From NCBI RefSeq assembly GCF_054482525.1, contig NZ_CM137006.1: 64,000 bases of DNA, one strand, 5' to 3'. Both the position numbers and the translations under genes were made by a program. Shown here piece by piece: positions 49,426 through 61,322 of the stretch. The number at the start of each line of letters is the position of its first letter. Within the stretch, counting starts at the first letter, position 1. The notes under the pieces are model-generated. The model did not search any database and had not been told where the DNA came from. It saw nothing but the letters and a program-made list of their open reading frames with translations.

Positions 49426-50412
49426 CTAGTTGCCAGAAGCCAGCGAGGTTAGTTGCGCAAGCAGTTTCGCTGGTTCATCACCTGAAAGCTGTGCGTCTAC
49501 AGGCAAATACCACCAATTTTCTTCTGCAAAGGCCCGGCATTTAACCGCATCTTTTTCAGTCATTACCAGCGTTTGCCCGTCGTTTACCAACGCGCTGACA
49601 TCCGCATGGTTCAAAGACTGATGATCGGCCAGCGGTACACATTTTTCCGGTTGTACGCCGCACATCTTCAGCGTGGCAAAAAAGCGCGGCGGATGTCCAA
49701 TCCCCGCCATCGCCACTACATGTTCAAGCTGAGCAACGTCACAACGCGTACCGGTACGTAAATTCACCGCCTGACCCGGCAGCAGATGCATGGGGATTTC
49801 ACCGCTGCGGGGGACACCGCCGTTGACGATTACCGCATCAACCGACTTTAAGCGCCCCGCTCGCTCACGCATTGGCCCCGCCGGCAACCACCAACCATTG
49901 CCAAAGCGACGCACACCATCAATAACGACAATTTCCACATCACGCGCCAGACGGTAATGCTGTAAACCGTCGTCGGTTACGATGATCTGCACATCAGGGT
50001 GTTGCGCCAGAATGGCTTTTACCGCATCAGAACGCACGGGAGAAACCGCAACGGGCGCGCCAGTGCGTTGATAAATCAACACTGGTTCATCACCCGCCTG
50101 TGCTGTGGTGGTATCTGCCGACAATAACAGCGGATAAGATTCAGCCTTACCACCATATCCCCGCGATACGACCCCCACGCGAATACCGCGCTGTTGCAAC
50201 TGTTCCACCAGCCAGACAACGACCGGGGTTTTTCCGTTGCCGCCTGCGGTGAGATTACCAACCACGACAACCGGTACGGGGGCAAGCCAGGCGCGCTTCA
50301 GTTTTAGTTTATAGCAAAGACGGATCGCGCCACTCACCAGGCCATACAACCAGGAGAGTGGCAGCAATAGCCGCCACAAAGGGGATTCACCAGACCAGAT
50401 TTTTTCGATCAT
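49426..50412 (-). CDS. lpxK: Tetraacyldisaccharide 4'-kinase LpxK
   Basis: ORF track, 328 aa; P-loop [12 protein letters not shown]; ATGA overlap with msbA stop. Confidence 0.9.
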   Translation of the reverse strand: MIEKIWSGESPLWRLLLPLSWLYGLVSGAIRLCYKLKLKRAWLAPVPVVVVGNLTAGGNGKTPVVVWLVEQLQQRGIRVGVVSRGYGGKAESYPLLLSADTTTAQAGDEPVLIYQRTGAPVAVSPVRSDAVKAILAQHPDVQIIVTDDGLQHYRLARDVEIVVIDGVRRFGNGWWLPAGPMRERAGRLKSVDAVIVNGGVPRSGEIPMHLLPGQAVNLRTGTRCDVAQLEHVVAMAGIGHPPRFFATLKMCGVQPEKCVPLADHQSLNHADVSALVNDGQTLVMTEKDAVKCRAFAEENWWYLPVDAQLSGDEPAKLLAQLTSLASGN

Positions 50413-52157
50413 TGGCCAAACTGCATTTTGTGAAGTTGCGCGTAAACGCCACGGTGCTCAAGCAAATCGTTATGCGTACCGCGTTCCACAATGACACCAT
50501 CCTCGACGACCACGATTTCGTCTGCCTTTTCAATGGTAGACAAGCGGTGGGCAATCACCAGAGAGGTACGGTTTTTCTGCAACTCATCCAGTGCCGCCTG
50601 AATCGCACGTTCGGATTCGGTATCCAACGCCGAGGTAGCTTCGTCCAGAATCAGAATCGGGCTATCACGCAACAAGGCTCGAGCGATAGCAATACGCTGA
50701 CGCTGACCGCCAGAGAGCAGCACGCCGTTTTCACCAATCACTGTATCGAGACCGTTATCCATCTTATTGATGAAGTCCATGGCGTAGGCCATACGCGCCG
50801 CTTCTTCAATTTGCTCACGGCTGTACTGTTCAGTCCGTGCGTAAGCAATGTTGTTAGCAACCGTATCGTTAAACAGATGGACATTCTGCGACACCAGAGC
50901 AACCTGGTTACGTAACGACGCCAGGGTATACTCGCGCAGATCGTGACCATCCATCAGGATTTCGCCTTCATCAATATCGTAAAAACGCGTGATCAGGCTG
51001 GCGATGGTTGATTTACCTGAACCAGAGCGTCCAACCAGAGCAACCGTCTTCCCTGCCGGAATTTTCAGGTTGATGTTACGCAATGCGGGTACGTCACGTC
51101 CCGGATAAGTAAAGGTGACGTTGCGGAATTCCACGTCACCAGTCGCACGCTCGATCACGCGCTTACCTTCGTCTTTCTCCTGCTCACTGTCCAGAATGGT
51201 AAACAGCGTCTGACAAGCCGCCATACCGCGCTGGAACTGGGCGTTAACGTTGGTCAGCGATTTCAGTGGACGCATCAGTGCAATCATTGAAGAGAAAACA
51301 ACGGTAATCGTACCGGCAGTCAGGTTATCCATAACACTTGGGAAGCTCGCCGCATACAGAACAAACGCCAGCGCCAAAGAGGCGATCAGCTGAATGATCG
51401 GATCAGAGATGGAAGAGGCTGAAACCATTTTCATCCCCTGAAGACGCATTCGGTTACTGACTTTATCGAAGCGTTTCGTTTCCACTTCCTGACCACCGAA
51501 AATCAATACTTCTTTGTGGCCCTTCAGCATTTGTTCTGCGCTGGTGGTCACCTGCCCCATGGTGTTCTGCATGTTTTTACTGATGTTGCGAAAACGCTTC
51601 GATACAACGCGAATCGCAATCGAAACAATCGGTGCCAGCACAATCAAAATGATCGACAGTTGCCAACTGTAATAAAACATCATGATGAACAGGCCGATGA
51701 TCGACGCACCTTCACGCACAACAGTAATCAGTGCGCCGGAAGAAGAAGAAGCAACCTGTTCGGAATCGTAAGTGATACGTGACAACAGCGTACCCGTTGA
51801 CTGTTTGTCAAAAAATGAAACAGGCATTCCCATCATGTGACCAAACAGGCGGCGACGCATAGTCATTACCACCTTTCCTGATACCCAGGAGATACAGTAG
51901 CTGGAGACATAGCTGGTGATACCACGTAAAATCATCAGCCCGATCACCACCAGCGGCATCCACACCAGCACGGAGCGATCTGTTTTACCAAAGCCATCAT
52001 CAAGAAGTGGCTTAAGGAGCGATAACATGAAGGTATCGCTGGCTGCGTTGAGGATTAACGCTACGCCCGCCACGATCAGACCCGCTTTAAAAGGCGCAAT
52101 GGTTGGCCACAGTCGGCGGAACGTCTGCCACGTAGAGAGATCTTTGTCGTTATGCAT
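50409..52157 (-). CDS. msbA: Lipid A flippase ABC transporter MsbA
   Basis: ORF track, 582 aa; six-TM domain, Walker [10 protein letters not shown], signature LSGGQRQR. Confidence 0.95.
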   Translation of the reverse strand: MHNDKDLSTWQTFRRLWPTIAPFKAGLIVAGVALILNAASDTFMLSLLKPLLDDGFGKTDRSVLVWMPLVVIGLMILRGITSYVSSYCISWVSGKVVMTMRRRLFGHMMGMPVSFFDKQSTGTLLSRITYDSEQVASSSSGALITVVREGASIIGLFIMMFYYSWQLSIILIVLAPIVSIAIRVVSKRFRNISKNMQNTMGQVTTSAEQMLKGHKEVLIFGGQEVETKRFDKVSNRMRLQGMKMVSASSISDPIIQLIASLALAFVLYAASFPSVMDNLTAGTITVVFSSMIALMRPLKSLTNVNAQFQRGMAACQTLFTILDSEQEKDEGKRVIERATGDVEFRNVTFTYPGRDVPALRNINLKIPAGKTVALVGRSGSGKSTIASLITRFYDIDEGEILMDGHDLREYTLASLRNQVALVSQNVHLFNDTVANNIAYARTEQYSREQIEEAARMAYAMDFINKMDNGLDTVIGENGVLLSGGQRQRIAIARALLRDSPILILDEATSALDTESERAIQAALDELQKNRTSLVIAHRLSTIEKADEIVVVEDGVIVERGTHNDLLEHRGVYAQLHKMQFGQ

Positions 52158-52193
52158 TCAAAAAACCAGCATTTGTTGAAATAGCCGCATATT

Positions 52194-54458
52194 CTACCCG
52201 TTATCCACTGGCACGCCAAACCACTGATGATACCAACGAGGTAAAATTTGCTCCCTGAGGCTGCTAATCCGCCAGCCTTGCGCTGAAAAATTGACCGTTA
52301 TTTGACCCTGATGAGGAGTATCAAGCCACTTATAACCCTGTTGTTGATAGCGATGTTTAACTTTGCTTGAGGGCAGTCGCCATGCGTTGTAGCGCGATGC
52401 CGATGTGAGTGCCACTTTTCCATTCACTCGCTGAATTAATGGCAACGATGATGAGGTATTACTGCCATGGTGAGGTATCTGAAGTAATGTTGCCTGCATT
52501 TGCTGCCAGTAACGGCTTAGCATCTTTTGTTCAGCGGGGGCTTCAATATCACCGGTTAGAAGAATGCTATTCGTCCCGTCATCAACCTTAACCACACAGG
52601 AATGGTTATTTCCTTTATCGTTGCTACCTTGTAAAGGCCAGTGCGCGCTGAAACGCAATCCTTGCCATTGCCACGCTTCGCCACGCACACAGGGCTGATG
52701 ATGTTCCCAGTTTAACGGACTTCTGATCCATAACATCGGCCATGTATGCAATATTGAGTCCAGCCCTCCCCGGTGATCCAGATGTTCATGACTCAGAATA
52801 ACGCCTTCCGGTTCAAGATTATGCCAGTGGAGCCAGGGGATAATCAGTTGTTGCCCACTATCTCCTTCAGGCCAGGCCAGTCCCGTGTCATAGAGAATCG
52901 CTTTGCCGTTTCTGGCTATCACCATTGCCAGCCCTTGCCCGACATCAAGCATGTACACTTGCCACTCGTCAGGTCGAGGTTTTTGCCACAGCGGCCAGCA
53001 CATCAGCAAGCCTCCAGCCACACACATTGCTGGCAACGTTCGCCAGGCGTTTAATCGCCATACCACCAGTAAGAACCATGGGGAAAATGATAGCCATTGC
53101 CAACGTTCAGCAATGTTGATCCACCCTTCCGGCAAACTCTTTAACCCCCAGAAAAGTAAAGCCAAAGACCGGTCGGCAAGAAAGCATAACCCCTGTTCCA
53201 GGATTAACGGCCCGCTTAAATGCACAACCATCGCGGCGAGGATTAATGGAACCGTGATAAATGTCACCAGGGGAATTGCAAAAAGATTTGCAATAAACGA
53301 GGTCAGACTAATGCCATGAAATATGACGATTTGCACGGGCATAAGCAGGAGTGTGATTCCCAGTTGCAGATGGATGAGGGAAACAACCGCACGCAATACC
53401 GGCGGCAGCTGCCACTCAGGACAGGGAAACCACTGATACCAAAAAATCAGTGCCGCGACCGCAGCGGCAGAGAGCCATAAACTTTGCGAGAGAATGGCAA
53501 CAGGATCCATCAGCAAAATTGCCGCCAGACAACATATCCACACATCCCAGCCACTCCATTGTCGCCCACTTAACTTAAGCATTCCCCACATGGCAAGCGC
53601 CACCACGGTACGCAATGCAGGAGGTTGCATCCCAGTCAGCCAGGCATAAAAAGCAGCACAGCAGATTCCGCCAATTAATGGCATTTGCCAGTGGATCCAG
53701 CGCCCAGGCAGAAAAACTTGCCCACCGCGAATGAGTCCGGCAGCCAGCAACGCCGCAAAAGCGATATGCAATCCCGATATCGCCATTAAATGCGCCGTTC
53801 CAGTATCGCGCATGATATTTTTGATTTCTTTAGGGACGGATAACCGTTCCCCCATACCTAAACCAAGAATAACCGCATTCCACATATAGGGTTGCAGCGT
53901 TGTTTGTAGTGACGCCAGATACTGTGCACGCAGGCTACAATTCGGTTCAATGACACTTGCCTGCAGAAGACGGCCGGTGAGCGGCTGATGCTGGGCAATG
54001 GCATAACGCTGGCTATCAAAGCCGCCATCATTAAGTTGGCCATGAACTGCACGAACTTTGAGTTTCATTGACCATTGTTGTCCAGCACAAACCGCTTGCG
54101 GAAGATATTCGCCATACAGCACGAGGCCTGGCGCAGGGAATAAACGTCGACCTTGTAGATGAGTAATTTGACCGTAATGAGTGGTCATACCGTCAGTAGC
54201 AGTGATCTCAACAATTGCATCCTGCGTCGCGCCAGTTAAGGTTTCTCCTGCCCACAAAATTTGCTTTGCTGCTAATATGCCCCAAACGAAAAACAGCAAC
54301 GTCAGCGCGATATAACGGACAGTTTTAAAAGGGATAAATACCAGTACGCAGGCGAAGACAGTCAGAAACGCAAGGGTTAATGTCCCAGGCAATTGGGGCA
54401 AAACCAGCAACGGAAAAATTCCGCAAATTATGCATACGCCGACTGTCGTTATTTTCAT
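52194..54458 (-). CDS. ycaI: ComEC/Rec2-family inner-membrane protein YcaI (754 aa)
   Basis: ORF-track 52194..54536 trimmed to MKITTVGVCIICG, preceded by GGGAGGGG ribosome-binding site; polytopic membrane domain plus C-terminal metallo-beta-lactamase motif HEHLDHRGG. Confidence 0.85.
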   Translation of the reverse strand: MKITTVGVCIICGIFPLLVLPQLPGTLTLAFLTVFACVLVFIPFKTVRYIALTLLFFVWGILAAKQILWAGETLTGATQDAIVEITATDGMTTHYGQITHLQGRRLFPAPGLVLYGEYLPQAVCAGQQWSMKLKVRAVHGQLNDGGFDSQRYAIAQHQPLTGRLLQASVIEPNCSLRAQYLASLQTTLQPYMWNAVILGLGMGERLSVPKEIKNIMRDTGTAHLMAISGLHIAFAALLAAGLIRGGQVFLPGRWIHWQMPLIGGICCAAFYAWLTGMQPPALRTVVALAMWGMLKLSGRQWSGWDVWICCLAAILLMDPVAILSQSLWLSAAAVAALIFWYQWFPCPEWQLPPVLRAVVSLIHLQLGITLLLMPVQIVIFHGISLTSFIANLFAIPLVTFITVPLILAAMVVHLSGPLILEQGLCFLADRSLALLFWGLKSLPEGWINIAERWQWLSFSPWFLLVVWRLNAWRTLPAMCVAGGLLMCWPLWQKPRPDEWQVYMLDVGQGLAMVIARNGKAILYDTGLAWPEGDSGQQLIIPWLHWHNLEPEGVILSHEHLDHRGGLDSILHTWPMLWIRSPLNWEHHQPCVRGEAWQWQGLRFSAHWPLQGSNDKGNNHSCVVKVDDGTNSILLTGDIEAPAEQKMLSRYWQQMQATLLQIPHHGSNTSSSLPLIQRVNGKVALTSASRYNAWRLPSSKVKHRYQQQGYKWLDTPHQGQITVNFSAQGWRISSLREQILPRWYHQWFGVPVDNG

Positions 54459-54613
54459 GCACCCCTCCCTGTTTATGGAAAGTGTGCAACTTTGTTGAGC
54501 GGTTGTCTGGTGGGAATTTTGCGTTCCCCGAGGCACGTTCAGAAGAATTTAACGAGAGGGTGAAAACTGCTCAAAACTCTGCGAGGCAGCCTCCAGTTCC
54601 AGATTAGAGAAAT

Positions 54614-54639
54614 GAAAAAAGCACCCGACAGGTGCTTTT
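54614..54639 (-). terminator. ihfB rho-independent terminator
   Basis: Minus-strand hairpin GCACC-TGTCG-GGTGC followed by a U6 run about 25 nt after the ihfB stop. Confidence 0.65.
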
Positions 54640-54664
54640 CTCGCGTTCAAGTTTGAGTAAAAAC

Positions 54665-54949
54665 TTAACCGTAAATATTGGCGCGATCGCGCAGTTCTTT
54701 ACCTGGTTTAAAGTGAGGAACGTATTTTCCTTCCAGTTCTACTTTATCGCCAGTCTTCGGATTACGTCCGGTACGTGGTGCGCGGTAGTGCAAAGAGAAA
54801 CTGCCGAAACCGCGGATTTCAATACGCTCGCCCTGCGCAAGAGTCGAGGCCATATGCTCCAGCATCTCTTTTACTGCATCTTCAACCGTCTTGGCGGGAA
54901 TGTGCGATTGCTGGGTGGCAAGTCTTTCTATCAATTCTGACTTGGTCAT
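54665..54949 (-). CDS. ihfB: Integration host factor beta subunit
   Basis: ORF track, 94 aa; HU/IHF-family sequence [11 protein letters not shown]. Confidence 0.95.
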
Positions 54950-55002
54950 GATTCCTCCGGTTCCTTAAAGGCAAATTTAGCGGCTGCTGTTGCTGCATTG
55001 AT

Positions 55003-55026
55003 TAAGGGCGGCCGTAGCCGCCCTTA
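55003..55026 (-). terminator. Hairpin between rpsA and ihfB (possible partial terminator)
   Basis: Strong GC stem AAGGGCGGC/GCCGCCCTT with 4-nt loop; no clear U-run, so termination may be inefficient. Confidence 0.4.
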
Positions 55027-55108
55027 GTGCTTGATTACAGGACGAAACCTGCAATCTGTCAAGTAAACTCAACAAACTTCGGAATAAAAATCCCGAAGAG
55101 TCAGAGAA

Positions 55109-56782
55109 TTACTCGCCTTTAGCTGCTTTGAAAGCTTCAGCCATTGCGTTGTTGGAGAAGTTTGCATCTTCCTGTTTGTTAACAGTTGCGATTGCATCTT
55201 TCTCGTCAGCTTCGTCTTTCGCACGAACAGACAGGCTGATTGCGCGGTTTTTACGATCAACGCCGGTGAATTTAGCTTCAACTTCGTCGCCAACGCTCAG
55301 AACCAGGGTAGCGTCTTCAACGCGGTCACGGGATGCTTCAGAAGCACGCAGGTAACCTTCAACGCCGTCAGCCAGTTCTACGGTTGCGCCTTTAGCGTCA
55401 ACTGCAGTTACTTTACCGGTTACGATAGCGCCTTTCTTGTTCAGAGCAACCCAGTTGTTGAACGGATCTTCTGCGAGCTGTTTAACGCCCAGGGAGATAC
55501 GTTCACGTTCTGCGTCAACCTGCAGAACAACTGCAGCGATTTCGTCGCCTTTTTTGTATTCACGAACTGCTTCTTCGCCTGCAACGTTCCAGGAGATGTC
55601 AGACAGGTGAACCAGGCCGTCGATGCCGCCGTCCAGGCCGATGAAGATACCGAAGTCAGTGATAGACTTGATTTTACCTTCAACACGGTCACCCTTGTTG
55701 TGGGTTTCCGCGAACTGCTGCCACGGGTTAGCTTTGCACTGTTTCAGACCCAGGGAGATACGACGACGTTCTTCGTCGATATCCAGAACCATAACTTCCA
55801 CTACATCGCCAACGTTAACAACTTTGGACGGGTGGATGTTTTTGTTGGTCCAATCCATTTCGGAAACGTGTACCAGGCCTTCAACGCCTTCTTCGATTTC
55901 AACGAAGCAGCCGTAGTCGGTCAGGTTGGTCACGCGACCAGTCAGTTTGGTACCTTCCGGATAACGTTTAGCGATAGCTACCCACGGATCTTCGCCCAGC
56001 TGTTTCAGGCCCAGGGATACACGGGTACGTTCGCGGTCGAACTTCAGCACTTTAACAGTGATTTCGTCGCCCACGTTGACGATTTCGCTCGGATGCTTAA
56101 CGCGTTTCCAGGCCATGTCAGTGATGTGCAGCAGGCCGTCAACGCCGCCCAGATCAACGAATGCACCGTAGTCAGTGAGGTTCTTAACGATACCTTTAAC
56201 TTCCATGCCTTCCTGCAGGTTTTCCAGCAGCTGATCGCGCTCTGCGCTGTTTTCGGATTCGATAACGGCACGACGAGAAACAACAACGTTGTTGCGCTTC
56301 TGATCCAGCTTGATTACTTTGAATTCAAGCTCTTTGCCTTCCAGGTGCAGAGTGTCACGCACCGGACGAACGTCTACCAGAGAACCTGGCAGGAACGCAC
56401 GAATACCGTTCAGCTCAACAGTGAAGCCGCCCTTAACTTTGCCGTTGATAACACCGGTAACAGTTTCAGCATCTTCGTAAGCTTTTTCCAGCGTGATCCA
56501 GGCTTCGTGACGTTTAGCTTTCTCACGGGACAGCAGAGTTTCACCGAAGCCGTCTTCTACTGCGTCCAGAGCAACGTCAACTTCGTCACCTACCTGGATT
56601 TCCAGCTCGCCCTGGGCGTTTTTGAACTGCTCAGCCGGGATGGCGGACTCAGATTTCAGACCAGCGTCAACCAGTACTACGTCTTTGTCGATAGCAACAA
56701 CAACGCCACGAACGATAGAACCCGGGCGGGTTTCGATTTCTTTTAAGGACTCTTCAAAGAGTTGAGCAAAAGATTCAGTCAT
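55109..56782 (-). CDS. rpsA: 30S ribosomal protein S1
   Basis: ORF track, 557 aa; six S1 repeats; starts [15 protein letters not shown]. Confidence 0.95.
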
Positions 56783-56892
56783 GTTTAATCTTCAGGTTTA
56801 TATTTAACGTCCACCTGGCTCCATGCCGGATGGGGTTGTTTAACATACCCGCTGTCATTCCATTGCAACGGGGGTACTGCAAATTCGGTCGC

Positions 56893-57576
56893 TTATGCGA
56901 GAGCCAATTTCTGGCGCGCGTATTGTAGCGCTTTTTCAATCACTTGCTCAATGCTTAAGGTGGTGGAATCCAACACTAAAGCATCGGCTGCCGGAACCAG
57001 TGGCGCTACCGCTCGGTTACGATCGCGGTCGTCGCGTTCTTTGATCTCGGCCAAAAGGCGCTCAAAGTTAACACTAAAGCCCTTCTCCTGCAACTGTAGC
57101 ATGCGGCGATGCGCACGTTCTTCCGAGGAGGCGTCAAGGAAAATTTTCACTGGCGCATCAGGGAATACCACCGTTCCCATGTCGCGGCCATCGGCAATCA
57201 GGCCTGGTAATTCGCGAAACGCGCGTTGGCGACGCAATAATGCTTCACGAACGCGTGGGAATGCCGCGACTTGTGAAGCAGCATTCGCCACTTCCTGAGT
57301 ACGAATTTCGCCGCTGACATCTTCCCCTTCGAGGATCACTTCCAGATTGCCATTGGTCGACACAAAACGTACATCCAGATGGGATGCCAGCGGCACCAGC
57401 GCATCTTCCGAAGCAACATCAACATGGTGATGTAATGCCGCCAGTGCCAGTACGCGATAAATTGCACCCGAATCCAGCAGATGCCATTGCAACGCTTCCG
57501 CCATAGCCTTACACAAGGTGCCTTTCCCTGCACCGCTTGGGCCATCAATGGTAATAACCGGGGCAATTGCCGTCAT
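56893..57576 (-). CDS. cmk: Cytidylate kinase
   Basis: ORF track, 227 aa; P-loop GPSGAGKGT. Confidence 0.95.
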
Positions 57577-57748
57577 CTTTATCTCCTTAAAACAGGCGTA
57601 CCGTTAACATAACCGCGCGCATTATACGCGCCGACGCCACAAATCGTTAACGTTGTGTGCAAAAACCAGTTTTGTCTGTATTCAGATGGGGATTTATTGC
57701 GCAATTATAGCGGGCTGGCAGAAGACCAGCCCGAAAGATGACAATGAT

Positions 57749-58513
57749 TTACTTACCAGAGGCGATACGATCACGTATGTGTTGCGCACGCTCTGTTGAT
57801 GGTGGGTGAGAGTCAAACATGGACTGGGTACGACCGCCATCCAGGCTGGCCAATTTTTCAAAGCTGCCAACCAGCCCCTGGGTGCTGATGCCACGTTTCT
57901 TCAACAGATCAAAGGAGAAATCATCTGCTTCGGACTCTTTATCGCGGGAGTATTTAGCATTGATCGCGCCTTCTGCGATATCACCTAATTGTGAGCGAGA
58001 AAGCTGGGAAGCCACACCGCTGGTAGCGGAAATCGCATCACGTGCGGCAACGATCGCATAAGAAGCTTTCATTTCAGCCAGCGAGTGACCCAACGCGACG
58101 TGGCCCAGTTCATGACCCAGAACGCCTTCAATTTCGTTGTCGTTCATCATGTCCATCAGGCCACTGTAGACACGAACACAGCCGTTCGCCATCGCCCATG
58201 CGTTGACGTCGCTGGTCATATAAACCTTATAGTTGACCGGCGTGCCATTAATATTGTTACCCAATGCTTTGGCGATTTTTGCCAGACGTTTACCGTACTT
58301 GCTGGATTTACTTGCGACTTGATTGCCGCTGTCCATTTCGGCACAGCCCTGATTGGCAATCGCTTTTGCATCAGCATCGCTTAACGTTGCTGCTTTATAG
58401 GCATTTAAACCTGAGCTGATAGCCATATTGGTATCAATACCGTGGGTATTTTGACACCCTGTCAGTAATGCTGCAGAGGCCGCAATCGCCAGCAGTAATT
58501 TAGTATTCTTCAT
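57749..58513 (-). CDS. ycaL: M48-family zinc metallopeptidase lipoprotein YcaL
   Basis: ORF-track 57749..58537 trimmed to MKNTKLLLAIAASAALLTGC (lipobox); HELGH zinc motif. Confidence 0.85.
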   Translation of the reverse strand: MKNTKLLLAIAASAALLTGCQNTHGIDTNMAISSGLNAYKAATLSDADAKAIANQGCAEMDSGNQVASKSSKYGKRLAKIAKALGNNINGTPVNYKVYMTSDVNAWAMANGCVRVYSGLMDMMNDNEIEGVLGHELGHVALGHSLAEMKASYAIVAARDAISATSGVASQLSRSQLGDIAEGAINAKYSRDKESEADDFSFDLLKKRGISTQGLVGSFEKLASLDGGRTQSMFDSHPPSTERAQHIRDRIASGK

Positions 58514-58681
58514 GTGAATCATCCGTTGATTAATCATATATAAATATTATGTATCAATAGCTTACATTGACAAACGACGCTACCATTAATCAAAATGACT
58601 CACAAGGTCCGAAAAAAAACGCCGGCAATGTACCGACGTTTTGATAAAGAAAGATTTGGCTATTTATTGCACGTTGTTCAT

Positions 58682-59965
58682 TCAGGCTGCCTGGCTAATC
58701 CGCGCCAGCTGCTCAAAATAATCCGGAAATGTTTTGGCCGTGCATTTGGGATCAAGAATCGTCACTGGTGTATCTGACAACGCCACCAGCGAGAAACACA
58801 TCGCCATCCGGTGATCATTGTATGTCGCGATCTCGGCAAAGTTCAGTTTTTCCGGTGGAGTGATACGAATGTAATCGTGCCCCTCTTCTACTTCCGCACC
58901 AACTTTACGCAGTTCTGTTGCCATCGCAAACAGGCGATCGGTCTCTTTAACACGCCAGTTATAGATATTGCGCAGCGTGGTGGTGCCTTTTGCAAATAAC
59001 GCCGCCGTGGCAATGGTCATCGCCGCATCGGGAATATGGTTCATATCCATATCAATAGCGTTCAGTTCACCACGCGTGCAGGAAATATAATCGTCGCCCC
59101 AGCAAATGGTCGCGCCCATTTTTTCCAGCACATCAGCAAAGCGAATATCACCCTGCATACTGTTACGTCCAATACCGGTCACTTTTACAGTGCCGCCTTT
59201 GATTGCTGCTGCTGCCAGAAAGTAAGAAGCGGAAGATGCATCGCCTTCGACCAAATAAGTACCCGGAGACTGATAAGACTGCCCGCCTTTAACGACAAAT
59301 TGTTGATAGTGCTGATTTTCAATTTCAACACCAAACGTCTTCATCAGATTGAGTGTGATGTCGATGTAAGGTTTAGAAACCAGATCGCCTTTAATACGAA
59401 TCACCGTATCTTCCGGCGCAAGAGGCGCAGTCATTAACAGTGCGGTGAGGAACTGGCTGGAAACGGAGCCATCAACTTCAACGTTGCCGCCAGTAAAGCC
59501 GCCCTGTAAACGCAATGGTGGATAATTTTCTTGTTCCAGGTAAGTGATCTTCGCCCCGCCCAGGCGCAGCGCATCCACCAGATGACCAATGGGGCGTTCT
59601 TTCATACGCGGTTCACCGGTCAGCACAATATCATTGCTACCCAGACAAAGAGCTGCCGCCAGCGGACGCATTGCCGTTCCGGCGTTACCGAGGAACAACT
59701 CCAGGGCACCTTCTGCGTGTAATGGACCGCCGTTACCGATGATTTCGCAACGCGTACGATCAGCTGAAAGCGTATAGCTTACCCCTAACGCTGCTAATGC
59801 ATTCAGCATATGGCGCACGTCATCGCTATCCAGCAGATTGGTTAATACTGTTTTGCCGTGTGCTAATGCCGCCAGCAATAAAGCGCGGTTAGAAACGCTC
59901 TTGGAACCGGGCAGATTAATAGTGCCATCGACACGAGCGATGGGTTGTAACGTCAGGGATTCCAT
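58682..59965 (-). CDS. aroA: 3-phosphoshikimate 1-carboxyvinyltransferase (EPSP synthase) AroA
   Basis: ORF track, 427 aa; starts [23 protein letters not shown]. Confidence 0.95.
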   Translation of the reverse strand: MESLTLQPIARVDGTINLPGSKSVSNRALLLAALAHGKTVLTNLLDSDDVRHMLNALAALGVSYTLSADRTRCEIIGNGGPLHAEGALELFLGNAGTAMRPLAAALCLGSNDIVLTGEPRMKERPIGHLVDALRLGGAKITYLEQENYPPLRLQGGFTGGNVEVDGSVSSQFLTALLMTAPLAPEDTVIRIKGDLVSKPYIDITLNLMKTFGVEIENQHYQQFVVKGGQSYQSPGTYLVEGDASSASYFLAAAAIKGGTVKVTGIGRNSMQGDIRFADVLEKMGATICWGDDYISCTRGELNAIDMDMNHIPDAAMTIATAALFAKGTTTLRNIYNWRVKETDRLFAMATELRKVGAEVEEGHDYIRITPPEKLNFAEIATYNDHRMAMCFSLVALSDTPVTILDPKCTAKTFPDYFEQLARISQAA

Positions 59966-59988
59966 GAACTCAACTCTCTACAACAGAA

Positions 59989-60016
59989 ATAAAAACCCCA
60001 CAGGCTGGCTGTGGGG
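59989..60016 (-). terminator. serC-aroA intercistronic hairpin (partial terminator)
   Basis: Minus-strand stem CCCCACAG/CTGTGGGG followed by a U5 run, between the serC stop and the aroA start. Confidence 0.5.
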
Positions 60017-60035
60017 ATTAAGCAAAATTTCGGCA

Positions 60036-61124
60036 TTAGCCGTGACGGCGTTCGAACTCAACCATGAAGTCTGTCAGCGCTTTAACGCCTTCCAGCGGCA
60101 TGGCGTTATAAATAGACGCGCGCATTCCGCCGACCACACGGTGACCTTTCAGCGCATGAAGGCCAGCAGCAAAAGACTCTTCAAGGAACAATTTGTCAAG
60201 CGCACTGTCCGCCAACTGGAACGGCACGTTCATCCGCGAACGGTTAGCTTTCGCCACGTCATTGCGGTAGAAATCGCTGTTATCAATCACCCCATACAGC
60301 AGTTCTGCTTTTTGCTGATTGATTTTATCCATTGCAGCTACACCGCCGTTCGCTTTCAGCCATTTAAAGACCAGACCAGACAGATACCAGGCAAATGTCG
60401 GCGGCGTGTTAAACATGGAGTCGTTATCGTTGAGAATGGAATAATCCAGAATCGACGGACACGCGATATTCGCTTTGCCCAGCAAATCTTCACGAACGAT
60501 GACGATTGTCAGGCCAGCCGGGCCGATATTTTTCTGCGCGCCAGCGTAAATTACACCATAACGGCTGACGTCAATCGGACGGGAAAGAATGGTTGAAGAG
60601 AAGTCGGCGGCGACCACCACATCTTTGCCGAAGTCTGGCGTTTCGTCGATAGCGATACCGTCGATGGTTTCATTCGGGCAGTAATGCATATAAGCAGCAT
60701 TATCAGAGAGTTGCCATTCGCGCATTGGCTTAACCGCGCGCAGACCATCAACAGTCACTTTGGCGTCGAAGACATTAGGCGTGCAGTATTTTTTCGCTTC
60801 TTTAATGGCACTTGCCGCCCAGTAACCGGCATCAACATAATCTGCGGTGGTTTTATCACCGAGAATATTCAGCGGAACAGCAGCAAACTGACCGCGACCG
60901 CCGCCATGGCAGAACAATACTTTGTAGTTGGAGGGGATGTTAAGAAGATCGCGAAAATCCTTCTCGGCTTCCTCTGCAACCTGAATGAACTCTTTGCCAC
61001 GGTGACTCACTTCCATCACCGACGTACCAAGACCGTTCCAGTCGCGCAGTTCCTGTTGAGCCTGTTTAAGCACCTCTGCCGGTAGCATTGCCGGACCAGA
61101 ACTAAAATTGAAGATTTGAGCCAT
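60036..61124 (-). CDS. serC: Phosphoserine aminotransferase SerC
   Basis: ORF track, 362 aa; starts [15 protein letters not shown]. Confidence 0.95.
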   Translation of the reverse strand: MAQIFNFSSGPAMLPAEVLKQAQQELRDWNGLGTSVMEVSHRGKEFIQVAEEAEKDFRDLLNIPSNYKVLFCHGGGRGQFAAVPLNILGDKTTADYVDAGYWAASAIKEAKKYCTPNVFDAKVTVDGLRAVKPMREWQLSDNAAYMHYCPNETIDGIAIDETPDFGKDVVVAADFSSTILSRPIDVSRYGVIYAGAQKNIGPAGLTIVIVREDLLGKANIACPSILDYSILNDNDSMFNTPPTFAWYLSGLVFKWLKANGGVAAMDKINQQKAELLYGVIDNSDFYRNDVAKANRSRMNVPFQLADSALDKLFLEESFAAGLHALKGHRVVGGMRASIYNAMPLEGVKALTDFMVEFERRHG

Positions 61125-61322
61125 TTCCCCTCACCACGTTGCGTTGCTATTAACCCGCGGTCAATCGATTGCGACCACAGGTAATACATTATTCCTGTGG
61201 CTATCGGTTTTATCATTCAGTGACACACATCGCAATGAGTAAAACCGTTGAGGGCAAAAATGTGGCTTGCATCACACAAAAGAATCTCTCGGATTATTAG
61301 CAAAAAGCCGATGTTTTTACTG

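Noticed and set aside
55607-56746. 379-aa plus-strand ORF antisense to rpsA
   Set aside because: Shadow frame of the repetitive, strongly codon-biased S1 gene; rpsA itself is full length and unambiguous
57710-57733. Hairpin GCGGGCTGGCAGAAGACCAGCCCG downstream of ycaL as a terminator
   Set aside because: Strong stem but no U-run on either strand; it may be a structural element or part of the cmk-proximal promoter, so not annotated as a terminator
59838-60596. 252-aa plus-strand ORF spanning the aroA-serC junction antisense
   Set aside because: Runs antisense across two well-defined genes and their intergenic terminator; not a plausible gene
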